From Nakamurella sp. (GTDB taxonomy: Bacteria > Actinomycetota > Actinomycetes > Mycobacteriales > Nakamurellaceae), in contig JADGOY010000002.1 in assembly GCA_017882715.1 (NCBI GenBank), positions 10,682 to 74,681 of the forward strand: a stretch of 64,000 nt of DNA. Direction: 5' to 3'. Shown one piece after another: positions 11,032 through 20,157 of this stretch (positions are counted from its first letter, which is position 1; every line of letters starts with the position of its first letter). Below the pieces are notes generated by a model. That model ran no database searches, was not told the origin of the DNA, and was given only the letters and a program-made list of their open reading frames with translations. The translations under genes were made by a program, and so were the position numbers.

Positions 11032-11985
11032 ATGAGGTTCCGCACAATCGCATCAGTCGTGGCGGGGGCGGCAGCGCTCGCGCTGGCGGTCTCCGGCTGC
11101 AGTAGTTCCAGCACCCCATCAGAAAGTTCGGTGGCCAGTGCTGCGCAGAGCGTGGCACAGAGTGCCACCAGCAAGGTGGCCAGCGCGGCCAGCGCCGCGC
11201 AGAGCGCCGCTAGTTCGGCTCTCGCGGGCGCGACCGGCAATTCCCAAGTGCTGTCCAGCGCCGACGCCGGGAAGCTGGTCGTCGGCATCAAGTTCACCCA
11301 ACCTGGGCTGGGCGTCAAGAATCCGGACGGCACCTTCTCTGGCTTCGACGTCGAGGTTGCCAAGTACGTGGCGGACAAACTGGGGGTCGACCCGTCCAAA
11401 ATCGAATTCGTCGAGGCCAACTCCGCTCAGCGCGAGGACCTGATCGGCAAGGGTCAGGTCGACTACATCGTGGCCACCTACTCGATCACCGACGCCCGTA
11501 AGGAGAAGGTGAACTTCGCCGGTCCGTACTTCATCGCGCATCAGGACCTGCTGGTCAAGTCGGACAACACCGACATCACCGGTCCGGAGGCGATGGCCGG
11601 CAAGATCCTTTGCTCGGTCACGGGGTCGACCTCGGCGCAGACGATCAAGGACAAGTACGCGGCCGACGTCGCCCTGCAGGAATACCCCACCTACAGCGAC
11701 TGCGTCGATGCCCTGCTCAGCGGCGCTGTCGACGCGGTGACGACGGATGACGTGATCCTGGCCGGCTTCGCCGCCCAACACCCAGGTCAGTTGAAGGTCG
11801 TCGGCAAGGGCTTCTCGAACGAGAACTACGGCATCGGCCTGAAGAAGGACGACACGGCCGGCACGGCGGCCATCAACACCGCGATCGCCGCCATGATCGC
11901 CGACGGAAGCTGGAAGAAGGCGCTGGAGGACACGGTGGGCCCGTCCGGCTACACCATCCCGGCAGCTCCGACGCCTAGCAGCTGA
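11032..11985 (+). CDS. gluB: Glutamate ABC transporter substrate-binding lipoprotein
   Basis: Lipobox LAVSGC; GFDVEVA, ATYSITDARK, TTDDVILAG, ENYGIGL. Confidence 0.9.
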   Translation: MRFRTIASVVAGAAALALAVSGCSSSSTPSESSVASAAQSVAQSATSKVASAASAAQSAASSALAGATGNSQVLSSADAGKLVVGIKFTQPGLGVKNPDGTFSGFDVEVAKYVADKLGVDPSKIEFVEANSAQREDLIGKGQVDYIVATYSITDARKEKVNFAGPYFIAHQDLLVKSDNTDITGPEAMAGKILCSVTGSTSAQTIKDKYAADVALQEYPTYSDCVDALLSGAVDAVTTDDVILAGFAAQHPGQLKVVGKGFSNENYGIGLKKDDTAGTAAINTAIAAMIADGSWKKALEDTVGPSGYTIPAAPTPSS

Positions 11986-11993
11986 CCGCTGCG

Positions 11994-12028
11994 GATGCGG
12001 CCCCCGAGTGATTCTCGGGGGCCGCATC
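11994..12028 (+). terminator. 15-bp perfect stem-loop between gluB and gluC (mRNA stabiliser/attenuator)
   Basis: GATGCGGCCCCCGAG-TGATT-CTCGGGGGCCGCATC. Confidence 0.7.
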
Positions 12029-12122
12029 TCGTCAGTGGCAACCAGCGGACGACCCACGGTCCGGTCGGCGGAGAGGCGATCGGAACCAGGCAGCCCAGCG
12101 GATCGCGCCAAGGAGGAAAAGC

Positions 12123-12824
12123 GTGGACTTCAGCTTCCTTTCCGACCCCAGATATGACGTTCTTGGTGCGTTCTGGGTGACCGTGCAGCTGACGGTCTGG
12201 TCGGCGATCGGAGCATTCATCCTCGGGGTGGTGCTGGCGGCCATGCGGGTCTGCCCGGTCCCGCTGATGCGCGGCTTCGCGGGCGGGGTGGTGAACATCG
12301 TTCGCAACATCCCGTTGACCTTGATCATCATCATGATGTCGCAGGTCATCGCCAATCAGCTCGGCCTGCGGCTGGCCACTCGGCAACCAGGCGTCAACCC
12401 GCAGGCGTTCTTGGATACGCAGAACTTCCGCCTCGCGGTGCTGGGCTTCATCATTTACACGTCGACGTTCGTCTGTGAGGCCATCCGGTCGGGCATCAAC
12501 ACCGTTCCGCCCGGGCAGGCCGAGGCGGCCAGGGCTGTCGGCCTGACGTTCACCCAGGTGCTCGGCATCGTCGTCCTCCCCCAGGCGATCAGGGCGGTCG
12601 TGGCGCCGCTCGGATCGGTGCTGATCGCGCTGATCAAGAACACCACTGTCGCGTCCGCCATCGGCGTGTCCGAGGCGGCGTTGTTGATGAATACGCTGCT
12701 CGAGAACGAGGCCGACAAGTTCACCGCGGTCTTCCTGGTCATCGCCGCCGGCTTCATCGTGCTCGCGCTGCCGACCGGTCTGGTCTTCGGATCGCTGGCG
12801 AAGAAGGCGTCGGTGAAGCGGTGA
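12123..12824 (+). CDS. gluC: Glutamate ABC transporter permease
   Basis: RNIPL, EAIRSGINTVPPGQAEAA (EAA loop), hydrophobic helices. Confidence 0.9.
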   Translation: MDFSFLSDPRYDVLGAFWVTVQLTVWSAIGAFILGVVLAAMRVCPVPLMRGFAGGVVNIVRNIPLTLIIIMMSQVIANQLGLRLATRQPGVNPQAFLDTQNFRLAVLGFIIYTSTFVCEAIRSGINTVPPGQAEAARAVGLTFTQVLGIVVLPQAIRAVVAPLGSVLIALIKNTTVASAIGVSEAALLMNTLLENEADKFTAVFLVIAAGFIVLALPTGLVFGSLAKKASVKR

Positions 12825-13768
12825 GCGAGCGAGCGTCGGTGCTCTACGACATTCCCGGGCCACGCGCCAGGCGTGTCAACCTGATCATCAGCATCGTCTT
12901 CGGCATAGCGCTGGCCGCGGCGCTGTGGTGGGTGCTGTCGGTGCTGGCCTCGAGGAACCAGCTCACCGCGGAGAAGTGGTCACCGTTCCTGGACTCGAAG
13001 AACTGGACCACGTACCTGCTGCCCGGCCTGTGGGCGACCCTGGAGGCCGCTGCCCTGAGCGTGGCGATCGCGCTGCCGGTCGGCGCGCTGCTGGGTGTCG
13101 CCCGGCTGTCGGATCACCATTGGGTGCGGTGGCCCGCCGGCATCATCGTCGAGTTCTTCCGGTCGATACCGGTGATCATCCTGATGTTGTTCGCGTTCGA
13201 GTTGTGGTTCTTCGCCTTCGACGCCGCGAGTCCCTTCGCCGCGGTGGTGATCGCCCTGGTGCTGTACAACGGGTCGGTGCTGGCCGAGGTGTTCCGAGCC
13301 GGGATCCTCGCGATACCGAACGGTCAAACCGAGGCCGGCTTCGCCATCGGACTGCGCAAATCGCAGCTGATGACGATCATTCTGCTGCCCCAGGCCATCA
13401 CCTCGATGCTGCCGGCAGTGGTCAGCCAGCTGGTCGTCGTCGTCAAGGACACCGCTCTGGGCGGCATCCTGGTCGGGTACTCCGAACTGCGGCGGGCCGG
13501 CAACATCTCCGCGAGCAGCTACGGCAACCCGCTCCCGACCTACTTCGTGATCGCGGTGATCTACATCGTGATCAACCTGCTGCTGGGAAATCTGTCCACA
13601 GTCGTGGAACGCAAACTGCGCACCAGGCGAGGCGGCCCGGTTGTGGAGGTCGAAGCCGGCGCCCAGACCGATCTGATGGCAGCGCGGCAGGAGATCCTGG
13701 TGTTTGACGAACCTGGCTCCGCATCGGTGATGCAGCAGGAAGAACGCGGCTTCGAATCCCGACCGTGA
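12821..13768 (+). CDS. gluD: Glutamate ABC transporter permease
   Basis: SVLYDIPGPRARR start, EFFRSIP, EVFRAGI...GQTEAG, KDTALG; GTGA overlap with gluC. Confidence 0.9.
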   Translation: MSERASVLYDIPGPRARRVNLIISIVFGIALAAALWWVLSVLASRNQLTAEKWSPFLDSKNWTTYLLPGLWATLEAAALSVAIALPVGALLGVARLSDHHWVRWPAGIIVEFFRSIPVIILMLFAFELWFFAFDAASPFAAVVIALVLYNGSVLAEVFRAGILAIPNGQTEAGFAIGLRKSQLMTIILLPQAITSMLPAVVSQLVVVVKDTALGGILVGYSELRRAGNISASSYGNPLPTYFVIAVIYIVINLLLGNLSTVVERKLRTRRGGPVVEVEAGAQTDLMAARQEILVFDEPGSASVMQQEERGFESRP

Positions 13769-13794
13769 TGTTGCGCATCGGGAAGGATTGGCCG

Positions 13795-14494
13795 ATGACC
13801 GCCGCGTACCCCGCCGTGGCAGCCGTGCTGGCCGCACTGGCTGCGGAGGGCGCCGACCTGGTGGTGCTGCTGCCATCGATCCGCGGCGCCACCGGCGAGC
13901 TGGTGTCAGCCGCCGCATCGACTTCTCGTGCCCGACTCCCGCCGCCGGCTGGACCATCGCGCACCAGATCGGTCACCTGACCTGCACCGACGAGCTCACC
14001 GTGCAGGCGTGCCTGGATCCGGAGGTTTCCTCGCCGCCAGGCCGACGATCATCGGGGATCTGCCCTCGGCGAGCGAAGCAGGCGCCGCCACCGCAGTGGG
14101 CCGCCCGGCGGCCGAGGTCGTGGATCGGTGGCGGACGGCCCACGCGGCGGTGCTGGAGGCGCTCGGAAAGGTGCCGCCGGGCACCCGGTTGACGTGATCG
14201 GCCCTCCGATGGGAGCGCGAACGGGCCTCCGCCCGGATCATGGAGACGTGGGCACATGGCCTGGACATCGCCGACGCACTGGGCGTGCAGCTGGTTCCCA
14301 CCGATCGACTCCGGCACGTCGCCGGTCTCGGAGTGCGGACGCGGGATCACTCCTTCGCCGCCCACGGGTTGCCGGTGCCCGACGCGCCGTTCCGGGTCGA
14401 GCTGACGGTCGGGGAGTCAGCAGCGCAATGGTTGTCGATCGCTCAAGCCTTCGCCGGGCCGCCCGGGTCTGGCCGGGCGGCGCGCGGGCGTTGA
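13795..14494 (+). pseudogene. Disrupted TIGR03084/MDMPI (DinB-like) metal-binding protein
   Basis: Motifs spread over different frames: LAALAAEGADL / PTPAAGWTIAHQIGHL..TD / RWRTAHAAVLEAL..VPPGTRLT* / [15 protein letters not shown]...[17 protein letters not shown]...AQAFAGPPG; several frameshifts, a stop and a probable internal deletion. Confidence 0.8.
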
Positions 14495-14577
14495 GCTCTC
14501 CGTCCGCCTGTCAACTCCGCGCGATTCCGCTCCGCTCACCGAGCCGACAAATCGACTGACGCCCGAGCGGGTCAAGT

Positions 14578-14642
14578 CAGCCGTTGATGCGCCAGCCGTT
14601 GATGCGCCAGTCGGAGAATGCGCCAGTCGGGGAATGCGTCAG
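14578..14642. repeat. 15-16-bp imperfect tandem repeat x4
   Basis: CAGCCGTTGATGCGC x2 then CAGTCGGRGAATGCGY x2. Confidence 0.8.
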
Positions 14643-14829
14643 CTCGATCTCTCGGCTCGACGGAGCGCGGCCAGAGCGCCTAGCTGCACGCTTGCGCCGC
14701 CACTGGACGCTGCGCAGCAAGGCTGGACGCAACGTAGGGGCCGAACGCCCGGCGGTGGCCCGACGGCTTTGCCTGGGCGTCTCCGCGCTGAGCTCAGCCC
14801 GCCGGCCGGAAAGCCGTGTTACCGCGCGG

Positions 14830-16671
14830 CTACCGGGCGATCTCGGTGGCCCGTGATTCCCGGATGACCGTCACCCGCACCTGACCCGGGTAGGTCAGCT
14901 CCTCTTCGATCTGTTTGGCGACCTCCCGCGCGAGGACATGCGCTTCCAAGTCATCAACGATGTCCGGTTTGACCATGACTCGCAGCTCGCGACCTGCCTG
15001 CATCGCGAAGACCTTCTCGACGCCGCGCTTGGCAGTGGCGATCGCCTCGATCCGCTCGAGTCGCTGCACATAGGACTCCAGCGACTCCCGGCGAGCTCCG
15101 GGACGGCCGCCGGAGCACGCGTCGGCAGCCTGGGTGAGCACCGCTTCGACCGTCGTGGGTGGCACCTCGTCGTGATGGGCCTCGATGCAGTGCACCACGT
15201 CGTCGGATTCGCCGTACTTTCGCGCCAGTTCTGCGCCGACGATCGCGTGCGACCCCTGCGCCTCATGGGTGAGCGCTTTGCCGATGTCGTGCAGGAATGC
15301 CCCGCGGTTGACGACCGTGGGATCGATGCCGAGCTCGGCGGCCATGCCGCGCGCGATGTGCGCGGTCTCGATCAGGTGGCCGAGCACGTTCTGTCCGTAC
15401 GACGTCCGGTACTTCAGCCGGCCGATGAGGGTGACCAGCTCCGGGTGCAGGTCGGTGATGCGCACGGCCAGCAGCGCGTCCTCAGCGGCACGTTGACACA
15501 GCACCTCGACCTCGTCGCGGGCGCGCTCGAAGGCCTCCTCGATCCGATGCGGATGGATCCGGCCGTCCTCGATCAGCATCTCCAGCGTGATCCTGCCGAT
15601 CTCCCGACGGACCGGGTCGAAACAGGACAGCAGGACCGCCTCGGGGGTGTCATCGATGATCACATTGACGCCGGTGACGGTTTCGAAGGCACGGATGTTG
15701 CGGCCCTCACGACCGATGATCCGGCCCTTGACCTCGTCGGCCGGCAAATGGACGACCGCGACGACAGTCTGGGCGGTCTGATCTGACGCCACTCGCTGGA
15801 TCGCCTCGGACACGATGGCCCTGGCTCGTTGCTTGGCCGAGGACTGCGCCTCGGTCTCGACCCGCCTGATCATCATCGCGGCATCGCGGCGAACCGCCTC
15901 CTCCTGACTCGACAGCAGCTCCGCGCGGGCCGCGTCGACGGTGAGACCGGAGATGCGGGTCAGTTCGGCCTGTTGCGTGGCGGCCGAGGCGGCCAGATCG
16001 CTCGCCCGACCATCGAGCTCCTTCGTGCGCTGAGCCAGATCGGCCGCCAGCGCCTCCAGCTGCTCGGCACGTGACTGCAATGTCTTCTTGGTAGCGGTCA
16101 GCTCGCCTTGGTCCGACCCGATGCGACGTCGATCGGCGACCAGGGCCTGCTGCTCGTCGGCCAGCGCCTGAGTCGCCGCGCGCAGCTTCTGCTCGGCCTC
16201 CTGCAGTTCTCGGCGGTCCTCGGCCAACGCCGCGGTGGCTTCTACGGTGATGCGGTTCCGCTCCGAATCCAGACCGGCGCGCAGCTCGGCCGCCTGCGAT
16301 CGGGCGGCTGTCACCGTTCGTTCAGCCTCGGCCAGAGCGTCGGCACGGAGCTGCTCGGCTTCCCTGCGGGAGCGGTTCGTGAGTTCATCGGCCGCCTCGG
16401 ACGCTGTGCGCCGGACGGCATCCGCGGCCTCCGCCGCGGCAGTGGCCTCGTGGCTCAGCAGCGCGAAATGCGAGAGGTCGGGTTCGTGATCCGCCCGGTC
16501 GTCCCCGCGGCCCGCCGGCGCAGACGCGGATACCGCGCGCTCGACGAGACTCCGAAGGGCCTCCTCGTCAAAAGCGACCGGCGCTGGCGGCCGGCGTCGA
16601 ACGACGATCACCAAGGCCGCCATTGCGACCAGCAAAGCTCCGATCAACACAATGACGAGAGCGTCGGACAT
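14830..16671 (-). CDS. rny: Ribonuclease Y
   Basis: N-terminal TM anchor, coiled coil, KH motif KGRIIGREGRNIR, HD motif LHDIGK, AMQAGRELRV. Confidence 0.95.
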   Translation of the reverse strand: MSDALVIVLIGALLVAMAALVIVVRRRPPAPVAFDEEALRSLVERAVSASAPAGRGDDRADHEPDLSHFALLSHEATAAAEAADAVRRTASEAADELTNRSRREAEQLRADALAEAERTVTAARSQAAELRAGLDSERNRITVEATAALAEDRRELQEAEQKLRAATQALADEQQALVADRRRIGSDQGELTATKKTLQSRAEQLEALAADLAQRTKELDGRASDLAASAATQQAELTRISGLTVDAARAELLSSQEEAVRRDAAMMIRRVETEAQSSAKQRARAIVSEAIQRVASDQTAQTVVAVVHLPADEVKGRIIGREGRNIRAFETVTGVNVIIDDTPEAVLLSCFDPVRREIGRITLEMLIEDGRIHPHRIEEAFERARDEVEVLCQRAAEDALLAVRITDLHPELVTLIGRLKYRTSYGQNVLGHLIETAHIARGMAAELGIDPTVVNRGAFLHDIGKALTHEAQGSHAIVGAELARKYGESDDVVHCIEAHHDEVPPTTVEAVLTQAADACSGGRPGARRESLESYVQRLERIEAIATAKRGVEKVFAMQAGRELRVMVKPDIVDDLEAHVLAREVAKQIEEELTYPGQVRVTVIRESRATEIAR

Positions 16672-16913
16672 CGAACCTCCCTCATCGGTGCCGCGCGGAA
16701 GACGGCAGCCGTGAGGCGCCGTCCAGGCTACGGCAGGAGGATCGCTGACGCGCCGTCGCAAAGCCCAGCGGGCCATCACCGCGACCGTACTGATCGCACC
16801 TGTTCGGCGCCGGTCGCGTACTTCCCGGCCAGGCCGGGTAGGTGCGGCAAACGTCGCCGCTATCGGCCGCGCAGCCCTGGGGTGCGCGTTTCGTGACTCT
16901 CCTGTTACGTCCG

Positions 16914-16942
16914 AGGTTAAGGAGCGTCACACCGAGGGTCAA
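16914..16942 (-). promoter_or_regulatory. Putative housekeeping promoter upstream of rny
   Basis: Minus strand TTGACC-17 nt-TAACCT, overlapping an imperfect inverted repeat (16893-16930). Confidence 0.55.
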
Positions 16943-17121
16943 GCCGACCCGCTTCTAGCGGACCGACAGGTCACCGCGTCAAAGTGCTGGTCGGGCCATG
17001 CGCGGGTGCCCTCGATCGGCCGAACGAACCATGGTTGGAGCTGTCGCAGTGACGACAGCTCCAACTGCGGAACCGTTTTCGCCTGACGCTCCGGCCGACC
17101 GAGTCGACGCCACGGTGCAGT

Positions 17122-17949
17122 TCAGCTGTCCCAGCGGTCATCGGCCGTGTAAGCCGCCAACGCCTCGTCCACGACGGACAGCGCGATGTCGGCGGAGTAT
17201 CCGCGACGGGCGAGGAGCGCGGCCAGCCGGCGCCGCGCGGCAACCGCCCCGGCGCTCATCGCTGCGTCGACCCGCCGTTCGATGAGCGCCCGCGCGCGGC
17301 TGCGCTCGGCCTGTTGGTCGATGCTCTCGACCGCGGCCGCGACGACCTCCTCGTCGACGCCCTTGCTTCGAAGCTCCGTTCGTAGCGCGGCCACGCCCAA
17401 ACCGCGGTCGCGCGCTTTGGCGGCGATGAAGTCCCGGGCATACGCCTCGTCATCGATGAGCCCGACCTCGACGAAACGATCCAGGACTGCGTCGGCGACC
17501 TGGTCGGGGATGCCGCGTTTGCGCAAGGCCAGCGCCAGGGCGGCCCGCGGCCGGGCCGCCGACGTCAGCAGCCGAAGGCAGATCGCCTTGGCCACCACCT
17601 CCGGGTCTCCCGGCGGGTCTTCGGGGTGGCCACCTTCGTTGCGGTTGGCGGCGCGAATGGAAGGGCCCACCACGGTCGCGGGAGATGCCGTCGCGCCGCC
17701 GACAGAGCCCTGAGCGGACACCGGCGTGGCTCGGCTGCCCTTTGCCCGGTCGGCCGCACCCTCCACGGTGCCGGGGACGGTGCTGACGCCGCCCGGGCTA
17801 ACGCGGTCTTGGTCGCGAGCAGGGCGCGGCACGGACTGAGTCAGAGACTCCAGCTGTGCGGCCAGCTGGGCGATCCTGGCTGATCGTTCGTCGGGCCCCA
17901 CGTCGGCAGGTGGATGGTGAGGCGTGTGCGGCAGGTGTGGAGCAGCCAT
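17122..17949 (-). CDS. recX: Regulatory protein RecX with N-terminal extension
   Basis: CLRLLT, GLIDDEAYA, ELRSKGV, LARRGYS; directly downstream of recA. Confidence 0.92.
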   Translation of the reverse strand: MAAPHLPHTPHHPPADVGPDERSARIAQLAAQLESLTQSVPRPARDQDRVSPGGVSTVPGTVEGAADRAKGSRATPVSAQGSVGGATASPATVVGPSIRAANRNEGGHPEDPPGDPEVVAKAICLRLLTSAARPRAALALALRKRGIPDQVADAVLDRFVEVGLIDDEAYARDFIAAKARDRGLGVAALRTELRSKGVDEEVVAAAVESIDQQAERSRARALIERRVDAAMSAGAVAARRRLAALLARRGYSADIALSVVDEALAAYTADDRWDS

Positions 17950-17955
17950 GACCGA

Positions 17956-18993
17956 TCAGAAATCGACCGGAGCCGGCAAGGGCTCGTCCGCGTCGATGCG
18001 CGCACCCACGCCCAGTTTTTCCTTGATCCGCTTCTCGATCTCGTGGGCGATGTCTGGGTTCTCGTGGAGGAAGGTCCGCACGTTCTCTTTCCCCTGACCG
18101 AGCTGCTCGCCTTCGTAGGTGTACCAGGCACCGGCCTTACGGACCAGACCCTGCTCCACCCCGACGTCGATCAGCGACCCCTCCCTGGAGATGCCCTGGC
18201 CGTAGATGATGTCGAACTCGGCCTGCTTGAACGGGGGGGCCATCTTGTTCTTGACGACCTTCACCCGGGTCCGGTTGCCGACGACATCGGCGCCGTCCTT
18301 GAGCGATTCGATCCGGCGGATGTCCAGGCGCACGGATGCGTAGAACTTCAGCGCCTTACCTCCGGTGGTGGTCTCGGGAGACCCGAACATCACGCCGATC
18401 TTCTCCCGCAACTGGTTGATGAAGATCATCGTGGTGTTGGTGTTGCTCAGCGCACCGGCGATCTTCCGAAGAGCCTGGGACATCAGCCGGGCCTGCAGTC
18501 CGACGTGGCTGTCCCCCATTTCCCCTTCGATCTCCGCTCGGGGGACCAACGCCGCCACCGAGTCGATGACGACCAGATCGATCGCGCCGGAGCGGATCAG
18601 CATGTCCGCGATCTCCAAGGCCTGCTCGCCGGTGTCCGGCTGGGAGACCAGCAACGAGTCGGTGTCCACACCCAACGCCTTGGCGTATTCGGGATCCAGC
18701 GCGTGCTCGGCGTCGATGAAGGCGGCGATACCGCCGGCGGTCTGAACACTGGCCACGGCGTGCAGGGTGACCGTGGTCTTGCCGGACGACTCCGGGCCGT
18801 AGATCTCCACGACCCTGCCTCGCGGCAGACCCCCGATCCCCAGCGCCACGTCCAGCGCGATGGAGCCGGTGGGGATCACCTCGACGGGGGCGCGACCTTC
18901 GTCACCGAGGCGCATCACCGAGCCCTTGCCGAACTGCTTCTCGATCTGTGCCAGCGCGATGCCGAGCGCCTTCTCGCGATCCGGTGCCGTCAT
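17956..18993 (-). CDS. recA: Recombinase RecA (no intein)
   Basis: [42 protein letters not shown]; 345 aa. Confidence 0.99.
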   Translation of the reverse strand: MTAPDREKALGIALAQIEKQFGKGSVMRLGDEGRAPVEVIPTGSIALDVALGIGGLPRGRVVEIYGPESSGKTTVTLHAVASVQTAGGIAAFIDAEHALDPEYAKALGVDTDSLLVSQPDTGEQALEIADMLIRSGAIDLVVIDSVAALVPRAEIEGEMGDSHVGLQARLMSQALRKIAGALSNTNTTMIFINQLREKIGVMFGSPETTTGGKALKFYASVRLDIRRIESLKDGADVVGNRTRVKVVKNKMAPPFKQAEFDIIYGQGISREGSLIDVGVEQGLVRKAGAWYTYEGEQLGQGKENVRTFLHENPDIAHEIEKRIKEKLGVGARIDADEPLPAPVDF

Positions 18994-19063
18994 GACCCAC
19001 CCCGTGCCTTTCGTATGTGTCCGCGGGTGTGACCCAACGGGACCTGGTCTTGCTGTCGTGCCG

Positions 19064-19085
19064 ACGGTAGAACGAGCCACCGACA
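19064..19085 (-). promoter_or_regulatory. PafBC / RecA-NDp type promoter of recA
   Basis: Minus strand TGTCGG-TGGCTCGTTC-TACCGT, an exact TGTCGG-N10-TANNNT match. Confidence 0.8.
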
Positions 19086-19134
19086 GTGGTCTGGATTCGC
19101 GGGTCGTGTGTGGACAACTCGCGGCATGGGGACA

Positions 19135-19157
19135 ACTCTAGACGTACACCTGTTCGA
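19135..19157 (-). promoter_or_regulatory. SOS (LexA) box plus -10 of distal recA promoter
   Basis: Minus strand TCGAAC-AGGT-GTACGT (consensus TCGAAC-N4-GTTCGA) followed by TAGAGT. Confidence 0.75.
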
Positions 19158-19362
19158 TGCGCCAGACCTCGATCGGCGTGTCGATCGGGTCGGCGCGCGG
19201 CCGGCGGCCCTCACGCCGGTGTGCTCGAGCTCGAGCCGAAGGTGCCACGGCAGCCGGTGCAGAGCGGCGAATTGCTGTCCGAAAGGGCTTGCCGCAGTGG
19301 TCTTCTCGGCCGGATCGAAATCTCGCCGACGTCAGCATCGAGGTGCGCGCCCGTAGCTGGGA

Positions 19363-19572
19363 TCAGTCCGGCAGGCCGTACCGCAGTGCCTCGGAAACGT
19401 CGAATGCCTCGCACACCGCCGCCCAGACCAACTTCGGGTCCTCGCCGGCCGCCAGTGCCTCGTCGGCAGTCAGCCCGCCCAGAGCGGAGAACACGTGGTC
19501 ACGGGCCACCGAGGGCGCTCGCGCGGACCCGAACTGCAGTTGCATCAGGCCACGGAACTCGGTCAATCGCAC
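19363..19572 (-). CDS. DUF3046 family protein
   Basis: MRLTEFR.LM...FG......ARDHV...LGG.TADEALAAG.DPK.VW.AVC..F; conserved upstream of recA. Confidence 0.85.
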   Translation of the reverse strand: MRLTEFRGLMQLQFGSARAPSVARDHVFSALGGLTADEALAAGEDPKLVWAAVCEAFDVSEALRYGLPD

Positions 19573-19773
19573 AGCCTCGACCCTACCCAGCGGGTCTGCC
19601 GGGATCCGCCGGCCGGACAGCGGACAGCCGATGGGCAGGCCGTCCATCGCCGAACGACGCGCAAAGATCCTCGCCGGCTGTGGTGTGTCGTGCAGTGGGC
19701 CGCACACCGCCGCACCGTCCGGTGGCTCGGAGCTGGACGGGTGCGCGGCACAGAACTTCGGCACACTGCGCAG

Positions 19774-19878
19774 ATGGACCCCACCGGACTGTCCAGCCCG
19801 ATCGGCCAACTGGCCGCCGCTGCCGTGTTGATCTCGACCATCGTCGTGTTGATCTTGCTTTTGCGCCGCCGACGCTGA
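19774..19878 (+). CDS. Putative 34-aa single-pass membrane peptide
   Basis: MDPTGLSSPIGQLAAAAVLISTIVVLILLLRRRR*; CACACT 6 nt upstream suggests leaderless start. Confidence 0.5.
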   Translation: MDPTGLSSPIGQLAAAAVLISTIVVLILLLRRRR

Positions 19879-20157
19879 CCCGAGCCCGAGGCCACCACCA
19901 GCGGGAACGGAATCCCTGGCCACCGGGCACCAGATCAGCTGAACCTCCGGTCGGCCTCCTGCAGAACGCACTTGCTGGGCCGATGCAATCCCCGCACCGC
20001 TCTCCATCGGCTACCTGCGCCGGATATCCAAAACGGCACGGTTGCGTTTCGGAATAATGCCGTCGCAGAATCACGTTGTCAGACCTGCGTGCTGAACTAG
20101 ATATGCCGCCCTCCCCCGCGCCGCCCACGGCGTCAACGACACGACGAAGGTTGCCCT

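Noticed and set aside
13795-14494. Programmed frameshifting in the TIGR03084-like gene
   Set aside because: Multiple shifts plus an in-frame stop and missing segment; decay is the simpler explanation
17956-18993. RecA intein
   Set aside because: Continuous 345-aa RecA with no insertion
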